From positions 1-49,666 of IMG/VR virus record IMGVR_UViG_3300009515_000002: DNA of 49,666 nt. One strand, 5' to 3'. Both the position numbers and the translations under genes were made by a program. The notes under the pieces were generated by a model that ran no database searches, was not told the origin of the DNA, and saw nothing but the letters and a program-made list of their open reading frames with translations. The DNA is from a virus. Positions within the stretch are counted from its first letter, which is position 1, and every line of letters begins with the position of its first letter. Below are positions 42,835 to 49,572 of the stretch, in pieces.

Positions 42835-43191
42835 TTAAGTACTCGGCTCCCGGCTCGGCTCCTCCAACTTCACCACCGCTTCCTGCTGCAACCCTGACAG
42901 GCTGTCCCATGTGACCTGTGATACGTGGTCAGGGCGCTTGATTCCCGGCTCCTCGGTGCGGGAAATCCAAACCCCGCACTGAACACACCATACGCTTTCT
43001 GCTCGGTGTTCTCGGATGTGGGTCTTGTGAGTGTTCGCGGGCTCCTCGGTGCGGTCAAGTAGGGCGAGGAGGTCAGCTTTGGCAGTGTTCGCGAATGCTC
43101 GCGAAGCAAGGCCCTGTACGTGTTGAACTTCTGCCGTCACCAGTCGCGCAATCGCATCCTTCAGCGCTTCTCGCCTCACGTCGTCACTCAT
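42835..43191 (-). CDS. Hypothetical protein (GC-rich island)
   Basis: 118 aa from the ATG after GAGGAGG, overlapping the upstream stop. Confidence 0.45.
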   Translation of the reverse strand: MSDDVRREALKDAIARLVTAEVQHVQGLASRAFANTAKADLLALLDRTEEPANTHKTHIREHRAESVWCVQCGVWISRTEEPGIKRPDHVSQVTWDSLSGLQQEAVVKLEEPSREPST

Positions 43192-43756
43192 TACGCGCCT
43201 CCTCTTCGGGGTGGAGGGCATCACCAAGAATCTTGTAGGCACGGCTATTAGCAGGGGTTGCTGTGGTCATTAATTCACGCTGCGCCTCGTGTGCTGCCTT
43301 TTCCAGCCTGTCGCGTTCGGTCTCAACAGCCTGCAACCGTTGCCAATAACTACCGCGCGCATCCCGCTCCAACTCAGGCACACCGTAGGCGCGGAGGTAG
43401 CCTCGGATCTCGTTCAAGTCGGGCTCACTGCCCGTGACCACGCGATACCACTCTGCCGCCCTCTCCAACCCATCCGGGTCAGGGGTCCAAGTGGGCGGTG
43501 TAATCTCCACAGGTACAGGCCGTTGGCGACCCTTAGCGTCTGTGAATGAAGCTGGGGCCCGGCCGGAAGCCTTCGGTTCCAGGACTTTACTAGTATCGTC
43601 GCCCTCTCGGGCCGCAGGCCCCAACTCCATTAGCTCGTCAACGACATCAGTCATTAGCTCAGTATGGATGCGATTCATGATGGGCTGGAAACCAAATTCA
43701 ATCGCCTCCCGCACGCGCCGTGACATCCGCAACCGCTCCCGTCTCTCGTCACTCAC
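43184..43756 (-). CDS. Hypothetical Arg/Glu-rich protein (GC-rich island)
   Basis: 190 aa. Confidence 0.45.
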   Translation of the reverse strand: MSDERRERLRMSRRVREAIEFGFQPIMNRIHTELMTDVVDELMELGPAAREGDDTSKVLEPKASGRAPASFTDAKGRQRPVPVEITPPTWTPDPDGLERAAEWYRVVTGSEPDLNEIRGYLRAYGVPELERDARGSYWQRLQAVETERDRLEKAAHEAQRELMTTATPANSRAYKILGDALHPEEEARNE

Positions 43757-44079
43757 TTGGTATCTCCCTCGCTGTCGTGGGAGAAGAGGGCACGAGCAAA
43801 ATGCCTATAACCGGGCTCGTTGGGTGGTGTCAGGTTGTGATCGTAGGACTCGTCAGCACCAAACAACCCCGTGCGGTACCACCTATCGTGTTTGTCGAAG
43901 TATCCTGTCTCGTAAGCCACCGGCTCCCTCGCCTTCTCCTCGGCCAGTGCTTCGAGTACTTCGGGCCAAGGGCAGTCAGGCTCGTGTAGGTCCATACCCG
44001 TGACCTCATTCGCACAGCCGGGGCAAGGTGTGTCGTAGTCTCTCAGCCTCTCCACCCCCTCCACCAGTCGGCTATTCAT
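43753..44079 (-). CDS. Hypothetical protein (GC-rich island)
   Basis: 108 aa from the ATG 8 nt after GGAGGA. CPGC...CPWP. Confidence 0.45.
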   Translation of the reverse strand: MNSRLVEGVERLRDYDTPCPGCANEVTGMDLHEPDCPWPEVLEALAEEKAREPVAYETGYFDKHDRWYRTGLFGADESYDHNLTPPNEPGYRHFARALFSHDSEGDTK

Positions 44080-44182
44080 GACCTTTCCTCCGGTCAAGAA
44101 TCCCTAACCATAACCACGCCACTGTGAAAGCCACGAGCAGAATAATGGCTACGTTGATTCCTAGTCCTATGATCTCTCGCAT
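44072..44182 (-). CDS. 36-aa single-TM peptide (below the track cutoff)
   Basis: MREIIGLGINVAIILLVAFTVAWLWLGILDRRKGHE. SD GGGAGAG; its stop overlaps the SD/ATG region of the next gene. Confidence 0.35.
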   Translation of the reverse strand: MREIIGLGINVAIILLVAFTVAWLWLGILDRRKGHE

Positions 44183-44195
44183 TTCTCACTCTCCC

Positions 44196-44210
44196 GTTTT
44201 CTGAGTGAAC
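44196..44210 (-). promoter_or_regulatory. Copy S5 of the dyad motif (minus strand reads GTTCACTCAGAAAAC)
   Basis: 14-28 nt upstream of the ATG at 44182. Two mismatches to the dyad consensus. Confidence 0.3.
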
Positions 44211-44224
44211 CTGCCTTTGAAAAA

Positions 44225-44288
44225 GCAGGGGACAGGAATCGAACCTGTCCGCTCAGAGCCGCCACCCCAAGCCTATCCTTTCCCTGCT
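44225..44288 (-). other. tRNA-like fragment: T-arm plus acceptor stem, without a canonical D or anticodon arm
   Basis: Minus strand: AGCAGGG...GGACAGG-TTCGATT-CCTGTCC-CCTGCT. It has a perfect T-loop and a 6-7-bp acceptor pairing, but only ~32 nt lie between them where ~42 are needed. Confidence 0.4.
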
Positions 44289-44408
44289 GAGAGGACGCCC
44301 CGTTTAGAGGTTACTAACCTCTTGGTTCCTCGCCTGTACGTCCGGCGCCGAGTCAGTCACCCTGCAGTAACCTTTCCCGATCTCTTCCCGCCTCTCATCA
44401 AGCATCCT

Positions 44409-44798
44409 TTAGGTGATGCTCACACCCTTGGCACGCAGAAGCTCCATGATGGCCTCCACGCTTCCAGCCTCCTCCAGCTCAGTAGCGTCGACTTCCGGCG
44501 CTCCGAATCCACCCCGACGTCCGGGACGGTAAGAACTGGCAGCACGCTGGGCTGCGGCACTCCAGTCCATCTCAGTCTCTGCATCGCGCAGGATGGGACG
44601 CACCGCGTTCATCTGGCGGCGAATCTGGTCTGCCTGAATGGACTTGAGCGCCTTCGCTTCGTCGCCGTACCACTCGATGCACTCCTCGATGGAATCCGAC
44701 ACCGTGCAGATGAAGCTGGCCTCGATATCGACCGGGTCTCCACCTTCACCGTTGAGCACCTTGTTAGTCGTGGTGACGGTGCTTTCCACTTCAGCCAT
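44409..44798 (-). CDS. Hypothetical protein with a C-terminal HeH/SAP-like motif
   Basis: 129 aa, SD AGGAGAGG. The C-terminus SVEAIMELLRAKGVSIT is paralogous to the C-terminus of the 48923-49381 product. Confidence 0.5.
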   Translation of the reverse strand: MAEVESTVTTTNKVLNGEGGDPVDIEASFICTVSDSIEECIEWYGDEAKALKSIQADQIRRQMNAVRPILRDAETEMDWSAAAQRAASSYRPGRRGGFGAPEVDATELEEAGSVEAIMELLRAKGVSIT

Positions 44799-44856
44799 TT
44801 TACCTCTCCTATTGTGGCGGATGTCCGCCGGTGATGTTACCAGGAAGCATCTCTCC

Positions 44857-45015
44857 CTAACGGTAACGATTCTCCAAGATAAGATCTCTTACCTTGTCCC
44901 TACACATCTCGTTATGCAGAGGTCCGAAGTCGACCTTCCCATCGAAGATCCACCAAGCCATAACCCCTCGCCGAATCGGCTCACTGCACATCTTGCAGTA
45001 TGCCTGTTCATACAT
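44857..45015 (-). CDS. Small Cys-containing protein (short version)
   Basis: 52 aa from the ATG 1 nt after the upstream stop. The 100-aa track version overlaps 45017-45199. Confidence 0.3.
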   Translation of the reverse strand: MYEQAYCKMCSEPIRRGVMAWWIFDGKVDFGPLHNEMCRDKVRDLILENRYR

Positions 45016-45016
45016 C

Positions 45017-45199
45017 TTATACTCTTTGATTACGAGCCCCGAATCTGATTTCGAGCCAGAGTCTTTCGACGGTGTAGTCATGGATTTCTCGCATGTTTTC
45101 TTTGACTGCCGCCCCATCTTCAGCGGCTCCCGACAAGCCGTGCGTTTCACCGGCTTCAAAGTGTGTTGTAAGCAGTAACTTCAGTTGTTTCTTAGTCAT
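45017..45199 (-). CDS. Hypothetical protein
   Basis: 60 aa. Excellent SD AAGGAGG 7 nt upstream of the ATG. Confidence 0.45.
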   Translation of the reverse strand: MTKKQLKLLLTTHFEAGETHGLSGAAEDGAAVKENMREIHDYTVERLWLEIRFGARNQRV

Positions 45200-45389
45200 C
45201 CTTTGGCCTCCTTGTAGTCGCCCCGATAAACGGATGCTCTTCCTTGAGCTTGATAACCGCGAGTGCGAGATTCATGGCCATCGGTGCGTGTTTCTTACAG
45301 AGAGGTCGTTTTCCCACGTATACTTTCGGGAACCTCACAGGTCTGTCACACACCAAGCATGGTCGGGATGGTAGCGAGTCGAAGTTCAT
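45192..45389 (-). CDS. Small Zn-ribbon-like protein
   Basis: 65 aa. CLVC...CKKH. Confidence 0.4.
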   Translation of the reverse strand: MNFDSLPSRPCLVCDRPVRFPKVYVGKRPLCKKHAPMAMNLALAVIKLKEEHPFIGATTRRPKDD

Positions 45390-45763
45390 TTGAACCCCAG
45401 CAGTGTTTCCCAGATACCCTGGAGAAACGCAAAAGTCAACGGTGCAGCTTTCTCAAGCTGTGCGAGTCCTGTGCCGACGCCGTCCTCAGGAAGAACTACG
45501 AGTTCGTTTCTCATGAGATGTCGCCACACTGGAGCGAAGTCCATGATGAGACTGTCACAATGAGCGTTGTAATCCTTGTCGCTCCAGAACACTCCTGGTG
45601 ACTCCAGCGTCGCGATTCCAATTGCGTTAGGCTCACCTCGCATCTCCTTTGCTTGTCCGCCTAGTCCGACGCGGCGCTCGTTGTCTCCGAAGACGTAGAG
45701 GACTTCGCGATTGGCGATCAAGTCCTCTCGTTTGATCCACTTTTGTGTGATGACTGGCATCAA
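45386..45763 (-). CDS. Hypothetical protein
   Basis: 125 aa. The segment VLYVFGDNERRVGLGGQAKEMRGEPNAIGIAT recalls a phage non-structural protein family (from memory only). Confidence 0.45.
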   Translation of the reverse strand: MMPVITQKWIKREDLIANREVLYVFGDNERRVGLGGQAKEMRGEPNAIGIATLESPGVFWSDKDYNAHCDSLIMDFAPVWRHLMRNELVVLPEDGVGTGLAQLEKAAPLTFAFLQGIWETLLGFK

Positions 45764-46017
45764 ATCACCCTCCCGTTCGCGAGTTTGAAGTGGACTACTG
45801 GATCAGTGTCCACGAGGATAGTCGGTGTCTCGTCGTAGGTCCAACCTCCTGGCTCGATACTCCCAACGACTAGTGTCATCAGGAAGCTCATGAGATTGTC
45901 TACGGTTGTGTCCTTGAAGGACATGACATGCAATCCACCAAGAGACGGTGTGCCAAGACGACCGATGCAGGCTACTACCTGCTCACCCTCTTGTGTGATT
46001 GTGATGCTGAGTCTCAT
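45760..46017 (-). CDS. Hypothetical protein
   Basis: 85 aa, SD AAGGAGA. Confidence 0.45.
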   Translation of the reverse strand: MRLSITITQEGEQVVACIGRLGTPSLGGLHVMSFKDTTVDNLMSFLMTLVVGSIEPGGWTYDETPTILVDTDPVVHFKLANGRVI

Positions 46018-46157
46018 AGGATCTCCTTATCTCCAGGGCCTTAGGTGCCGCAGGGTACGAGAGAAACCCTGTGGGTCGTTTCCGAGAGCGTCGACTGATG
46101 AAACCTAGCTCCGAGGTCTTAGCCTCTCCCCCCACCATAGCCCGATTAGTCATGGGT

Positions 46158-46454
46158 TTAGTTCCGTCGCGTCACTGGATCGTCTGCAAGCACCTCGCTT
46201 TTGTGCGGATCTAGCACAAAGCCAGACTTTGCTGTGGTTTCGGTGAATCCCATCTTTACAAGCCAGTCGTCAAAGTCCCAACAGTTGTTAGGATCTCTCG
46301 CCTGAGCTTTGAACCTTGCAACTTGCTCTTTCATGTTGAAGTCACGCACAACGGTGACTGTCCGGTGTTCACGATCCACCCCATATGACCAAGAGAGACT
46401 GATCTGCCAGCCTTTCTTCACGTCATATCGGTCCATCGTTTTGATAGTGCTCAT
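46158..46454 (-). CDS. Hypothetical protein
   Basis: 98 aa from the ATGA-coupled start. Confidence 0.4.
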   Translation of the reverse strand: MSTIKTMDRYDVKKGWQISLSWSYGVDREHRTVTVVRDFNMKEQVARFKAQARDPNNCWDFDDWLVKMGFTETTAKSGFVLDPHKSEVLADDPVTRRN

Positions 46455-46681
46455 CGTCGTCGCCTCACTTCGAGATTCCTCTTGTTCACCCAAGTCTTCT
46501 CACCGTCTTCCCAGAGAACTTTGACGAGTTCTGAAGAAGCAGCAAAAGACTCACCATTCGGCAAATCAACTACCACTCCTCTCGCGAATGGTCCGAAGTG
46601 CGTCGGTGGTGGTTCGCCTGTCACCTGTCCAGTGTTCCTGAGAAACTCTGGAGAGAATTGAACTCTGTCGTTGACTTTCAC
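46451..46681 (-). CDS. Hypothetical protein
   Basis: 76 aa. Confidence 0.4.
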   Translation of the reverse strand: MKVNDRVQFSPEFLRNTGQVTGEPPPTHFGPFARGVVVDLPNGESFAASSELVKVLWEDGEKTWVNKRNLEVRRRR

Positions 46682-46893
46682 GTTATCCCACCTCCCGCAA
46701 AGTTGCGGATTGCTCGTCCGATCTCTTCAGATGCTCGACCCAGGTTGCGTACTCCTGCGTGGAATGTACACCGTCGCCAGGTCTGATTGTAGCCTTTCGT
46801 ACAGTCAGGACAATCAGAGTACGCAGGTCGATCCTCCAAAAGCGTTGCTTGTTTGTTGTCAAGCTCTCGTTTGAGTGCGTGCAGGCGTCTCAT
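46678..46893 (-). CDS. Hypothetical protein
   Basis: 71 aa. CPDC...C..H. Confidence 0.4.
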   Translation of the reverse strand: MRRLHALKRELDNKQATLLEDRPAYSDCPDCTKGYNQTWRRCTFHAGVRNLGRASEEIGRAIRNFAGGGIT

Positions 46894-47111
46894 GACTCGT
46901 CCTCGTAGTGGAACCCTTCGATCTCATCATTCCTGATGAGGTTCGGCTCAACAACGGCTTTCCAAGCACTCCACAGAACACCGTCATCAGCTTGTGTTGT
47001 GCGTGGGTACTTGGACATAAACCGTTCGAAGAGCGAGAAGCTCGTCTTGCGAAGCTCGCTGCGGAGCTTTCGTTGAATGAGATCGTCATGGATCTGATCA
47101 AAGTCTCTCAT
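46890..47111 (-). CDS. Hypothetical protein
   Basis: 73 aa from the ATGA-coupled start. Confidence 0.4.
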   Translation of the reverse strand: MRDFDQIHDDLIQRKLRSELRKTSFSLFERFMSKYPRTTQADDGVLWSAWKAVVEPNLIRNDEIEGFHYEDES

Positions 47112-47308
47112 GACTCCATCTCCATTGGTGACCAAAGCACCTCCCAACACGAGCCACACGTACCTGAGATCAGGAGCTCTCGCAAGTCATTACTGACCTC
47201 TGGCATCGCGTTCTGAATAAGCATTCCATCCCGCCACTTGTCGACCTGCTCTTCGGTCACTGGAATGGAATAAGTCATGTCGCAGTAGTTGCATCTCTTC
47301 TTTAGCAT
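47108..47308 (-). CDS. Small Cys-pair protein
   Basis: 66 aa from the ATG 8 nt after GAGG. CNYC.......W..G.LIQNAMP.....RELLISGTCGSCWE. Confidence 0.45.
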   Translation of the reverse strand: MLKKRCNYCDMTYSIPVTEEQVDKWRDGMLIQNAMPEVSNDLRELLISGTCGSCWEVLWSPMEMES

Positions 47309-47312
47309 GATT

Positions 47313-47675
47313 CTACCTCGCGTCACATAGACGAAGCTCACCTTCGATCGTGTTGTCACAGCAGTCAATCAAATACTGAAAATTCCCGGTCCACAGCTGC
47401 ATGTGACCGTCAGCATCTGAACTAATCTCGATCCACTGGTTCTCAGTGTGAACTCGAATAGTCTTGCCGTTCTCAACGATCACGTGCTGGCCTCTGAAGT
47501 CAGGCCAGTTAAACGGGTGTTTGAGAGTGTACTCCTCAGTGTACTCTGTGTCCCTCTTGAACCACGAGCGTTGGTGCTGAAACTGAGTACTGATTGTCAT
47601 CGGGTCCAGTTTTGCTACGTTAACCTTGGCGCAGTCACTGACTCCGAAAACTTCTCCCTCGACGAAGATGCTCAT
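47313..47675 (-). CDS. Hypothetical protein
   Basis: 120 aa from the ATGA-coupled start. Confidence 0.4.
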   Translation of the reverse strand: MSIFVEGEVFGVSDCAKVNVAKLDPMTISTQFQHQRSWFKRDTEYTEEYTLKHPFNWPDFRGQHVIVENGKTIRVHTENQWIEISSDADGHMQLWTGNFQYLIDCCDNTIEGELRLCDAR

Positions 47676-47869
47676 GCTTGCCCCCAATCGTCTTCACAAC
47701 TGAGGCAGATACCGTGGAGTAGGTCTTCGACCTCGTACTCCTGTTGGCAGTCTAGGCACCTGGCTGTCTCAACAGGACAGTCGAGCTTCCAGTTGTGATA
47801 CCCACCACATCGATCACACCAAAGTGCTGACTCGATTGGTTCTGGGGCCACGTGGTGATTCTCTCTCAT
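47672..47869 (-). CDS. Small multi-CxxC Zn-ribbon protein, first gene after the ori-like region
   Basis: 65 aa, SD GAGGAG. CDRC..., CPV...CLDC, CLSC. Confidence 0.45.
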   Translation of the reverse strand: MRENHHVAPEPIESALWCDRCGGYHNWKLDCPVETARCLDCQQEYEVEDLLHGICLSCEDDWGQA

Positions 47870-48222
47870 TGGATCTCCTCGTTCTGCGGAGTTCGTTCCG
47901 GGGCGGGTTTCCCCGGTAAGGAAAGGTAACCCCCGGGCGTTAGCTTGTCAAGGCCGAGGGAAGTCAGTCGCTCCGCTACTCCAGGGTGAAGGTAAGCCAT
48001 GTGAGGCTAGGGATTCTTGGCTGCGGCAACCAAGTGACTGTCCTTCTCCGCCTCGGCAGCCAAGTACTATCCTCTACGTACTATCACTTGAGCCCAACTT
48101 CTCCAAACCCAACAAACTCACCAAATCTTGCAATTCATAACTTCCAACCGCCCTCCCTTCCTTGGAAAAGTGGAAAACGGCAGGCTTCGTTATGAGAGCC
48201 TTAGCATGTTCTTATACGTAAG

Positions 48223-48251
48223 AAAAAAAAAATAAAAAAAAATAATTATAT
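48223..48251. other. 29-bp pure A/T tract (A10-T-A9-TAATTATAT), a DNA-unwinding-element candidate
   Basis: Read directly. It is the only such tract I noticed in the window. Confidence 0.5.
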
Positions 48252-48308
48252 GCTTTTAAGAGTATGCTAGATAGCCTCTGCTAGCTTCTTCTCGTCACTA
48301 AAAAAGGG

Positions 48309-48323
48309 GTTCACTGAGTAAAC
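48309..48323 (+). promoter_or_regulatory. Copy S6 of the dyad motif (GTTCACTGAGTAAAC)
   Basis: One mismatch to GTTCAC-N3-GTGAAC. Lies inside the ori-like non-coding region. Confidence 0.4.
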
Positions 48324-48392
48324 GCGATAGAAGTAACCTGCCGTTTTCACCTTGGGAGAGGAAGGGACCCCCTTTGGAACTTATGATTTGCG

Positions 48393-48428
48393 TGTTTTGG
48401 TGGTTTTGGTGGGTTTGTTGCTTTTGGG
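48393..48428. repeat. G/T-rich tandem ~9-mers (GTTTTGGTG x2, GGTTTGTTG, CTTTTGGG)
   Basis: Read directly. Confidence 0.55.
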
Positions 48429-48435
48429 AATCCCG

Positions 48436-48460
48436 TAAACCCTTTGGTGGCAAGGGTTTA
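48436..48460. other. Perfect 9-bp-stem hairpin (TAAACCCTT-TGGTGGC-AAGGGTTTA)
   Basis: The arms are exact reverse complements. Confidence 0.6.
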
Positions 48461-48473
48461 GGTAATTATCGGC

Positions 48474-48549
48474 GCGACCAGATGATATAAGCTCTGTCTG
48501 GCGCGACCAGATCACAAGGGAGCGGCGAGACCAGAATCTCGCGACCAGA
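48474..48549. repeat. Four iteron-like direct repeats GCGACCAGA (one copy is GCGAGACCAGA)
   Basis: ACCAGA cores at 48477, 48506, 48530 and 48544, giving spacings of 29, 24 and 14 bp. Confidence 0.6.
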
Positions 48550-48573
48550 GACGAGCATGAGGGAGGGAGAAGA

Positions 48574-48595
48574 GAGCTCCCCTCTCGGGGAGCTC
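48574..48595 (-). terminator. Stem-loop terminator candidate after the two early genes
   Basis: GAGCTCCCC-GAGA-GGGGAGCTC on the - strand, 6 nt after the stop at 48602. It is followed by TCTTCTCC, which is only partly U-rich. Confidence 0.45.
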
Positions 48596-48601
48596 CTTTC
48601 C

Positions 48602-48847
48602 TCATCTGTGGGGTCGTTTCTTGGGGTGGACTGGGGCTGGATTGTGCAAGTTGTAGTTGCGTCCGATCGACTCGTGCAGGCTGTCGTTGAGTGCCTCCTC
48701 GAGATTGTCTGTCACGATCGAAGCTCGAATGTGAATGATCAGCGTTTTGCCTCGAATCGAGCCTGACGCTTTCTGTAGAACCACCCTTTGGTCTTCGCGG
48801 CAGGAATCTTCAAGAGTTTTGAAGGCTGCCCGAATCGGGTCTATCAT
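48602..48847 (-). CDS. Hypothetical early protein
   Basis: 81 aa, SD AGGGAGAA. Confidence 0.5.
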   Translation of the reverse strand: MIDPIRAAFKTLEDSCREDQRVVLQKASGSIRGKTLIIHIRASIVTDNLEEALNDSLHESIGRNYNLHNPAPVHPKKRPHR

Positions 48848-48922
48848 TTTGATTCTCCCTTTTGCGGTTTGTTCTCACGTTTCACCCGTTTGAAAACGGG
48901 TCAAGGGCTAGCTTGGTTTGGT

Positions 48923-49381
48923 TTAGGTGATTGTAACGCCGATGCTTGCAAGGTAATCTTGCAAAGCCTGCCCTTCAAGCTGGGCCAGCTTTTCGGCGCT
49001 AGCTTCTGGCGCTTTTCGCGTCACTCTTTGCCCGGGCGCCAAACCGCCGGACAATGCGATCTCCTGAAGTTGTTCCAGGGAAAGTGAAGGATTCTCCCGC
49101 AACATTCCCCGCAAACGCTCCCTTGCGTTTGTCCTGTTGAATCTGAAAACGGCGGCGGAAACGCCTTTGAGCGTTTTCGCTTCTTCGGAACCGTCGCTCA
49201 AAATCGTTGCGACTTTGGTTCCGTAGTGCGCCAACCACTCTTTGTTCCCGTCAGCGTTGATTGGCAATTCACACAGAATCTGCCCTTCAACAGTGGCCCG
49301 CGCTTTGCCGTCTTCGGTAGCCGTAAACGGTTTGCCCGAAGTCAAATCCACCCACGCGAATCCCTTCCTTGCCTCTCTCAT
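48923..49381 (-). CDS. First early protein; C-terminal HeH/SAP-like motif
   Basis: 152 aa, SD GGGAGA. C-terminus LEGQALQDYLASIGVTIT, paralogous to the C-terminus of the 44409-44798 product. Confidence 0.55.
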   Translation of the reverse strand: MREARKGFAWVDLTSGKPFTATEDGKARATVEGQILCELPINADGNKEWLAHYGTKVATILSDGSEEAKTLKGVSAAVFRFNRTNARERLRGMLRENPSLSLEQLQEIALSGGLAPGQRVTRKAPEASAEKLAQLEGQALQDYLASIGVTIT

Positions 49382-49466
49382 TTTGCGTCTCCCTGAGACG
49401 CTAGCCCCTGACCCGAATTTTCAAACAGCGTGTCGGGGTTTTCGTTCCCCCGAACGCTAGTCTATA

Positions 49467-49483
49467 TTGCAAACCCCGTGCCA
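49467..49483 (-). promoter_or_regulatory. Sigma-54 (RpoN)-type -24/-12 promoter-like element P3, aimed at the early operon
   Basis: The reverse complement reads TGGCACGGGGTTTGCAA, an exact TGGCACG-N4-TTGCA. It lies ~85 nt upstream of the ATG at 49381. Confidence 0.45.
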
Positions 49484-49572
49484 CGGTTTGGGCTAAACGC
49501 AAAGCTCGTAACCCGTTGTCGCCAAACGACTTACAAGATCGCGCCGCAATGGCAGACCATGCTAGGGTGCCT

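Larger units (their letters stand above)
48151..48367. repeat. Imperfect inverted repeat arms (48151-48184 / 48337-48367) flanking an A/T tract
   Basis: GAAAACGGCAGG (left arm) pairs with CCTGCCGTTTTC (right arm), 12 bp perfect. TCCCTTCC pairs with GGAAGGGA in the outer parts. Confidence 0.6.

Noticed and set aside
44225-44288. attP site for tRNA-targeted integration (temperate lifestyle)
   Set aside because: No integrase, recombinase, excisionase or CI-like repressor was recognised in any frame. It is kept only as a possible recombination scar.
44205-44834. 209-aa plus-strand ORF
   Set aside because: It is antisense to a well-supported minus-strand gene (44409-44798, strong SD) and to the tRNA-like element. 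It has an alternative start, no SD and an odd composition.
47946-47951. Perfect -35 hexamer TTGACA (minus strand) upstream of the 47869 gene cluster
   Set aside because: The best -10 at 17-nt spacing is TACCTT (3/6). That is not convincing enough to call a sigma-70 promoter, although a middle promoter somewhere in 47870-48150 is likely.
48223-48251. Poly-A tract as a sequencing or assembly artefact or a poly-A tail remnant
   Set aside because: It is internal, interrupted (A10-T-A9-TAATTATAT) and embedded between matching inverted repeats, which fits a genuine A/T-rich element. Homopolymer length could still be mis-called and should be checked in reads.
48381-48605. 74-aa minus-strand ORF
   Set aside because: It runs straight through the terminator-like hairpin, the four iteron repeats and the G/T-rich 9-mers. 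Its composition is Ser/Arg/Pro/Lys-rich and it has no SD. It is more parsimonious as non-coding ori-like DNA.
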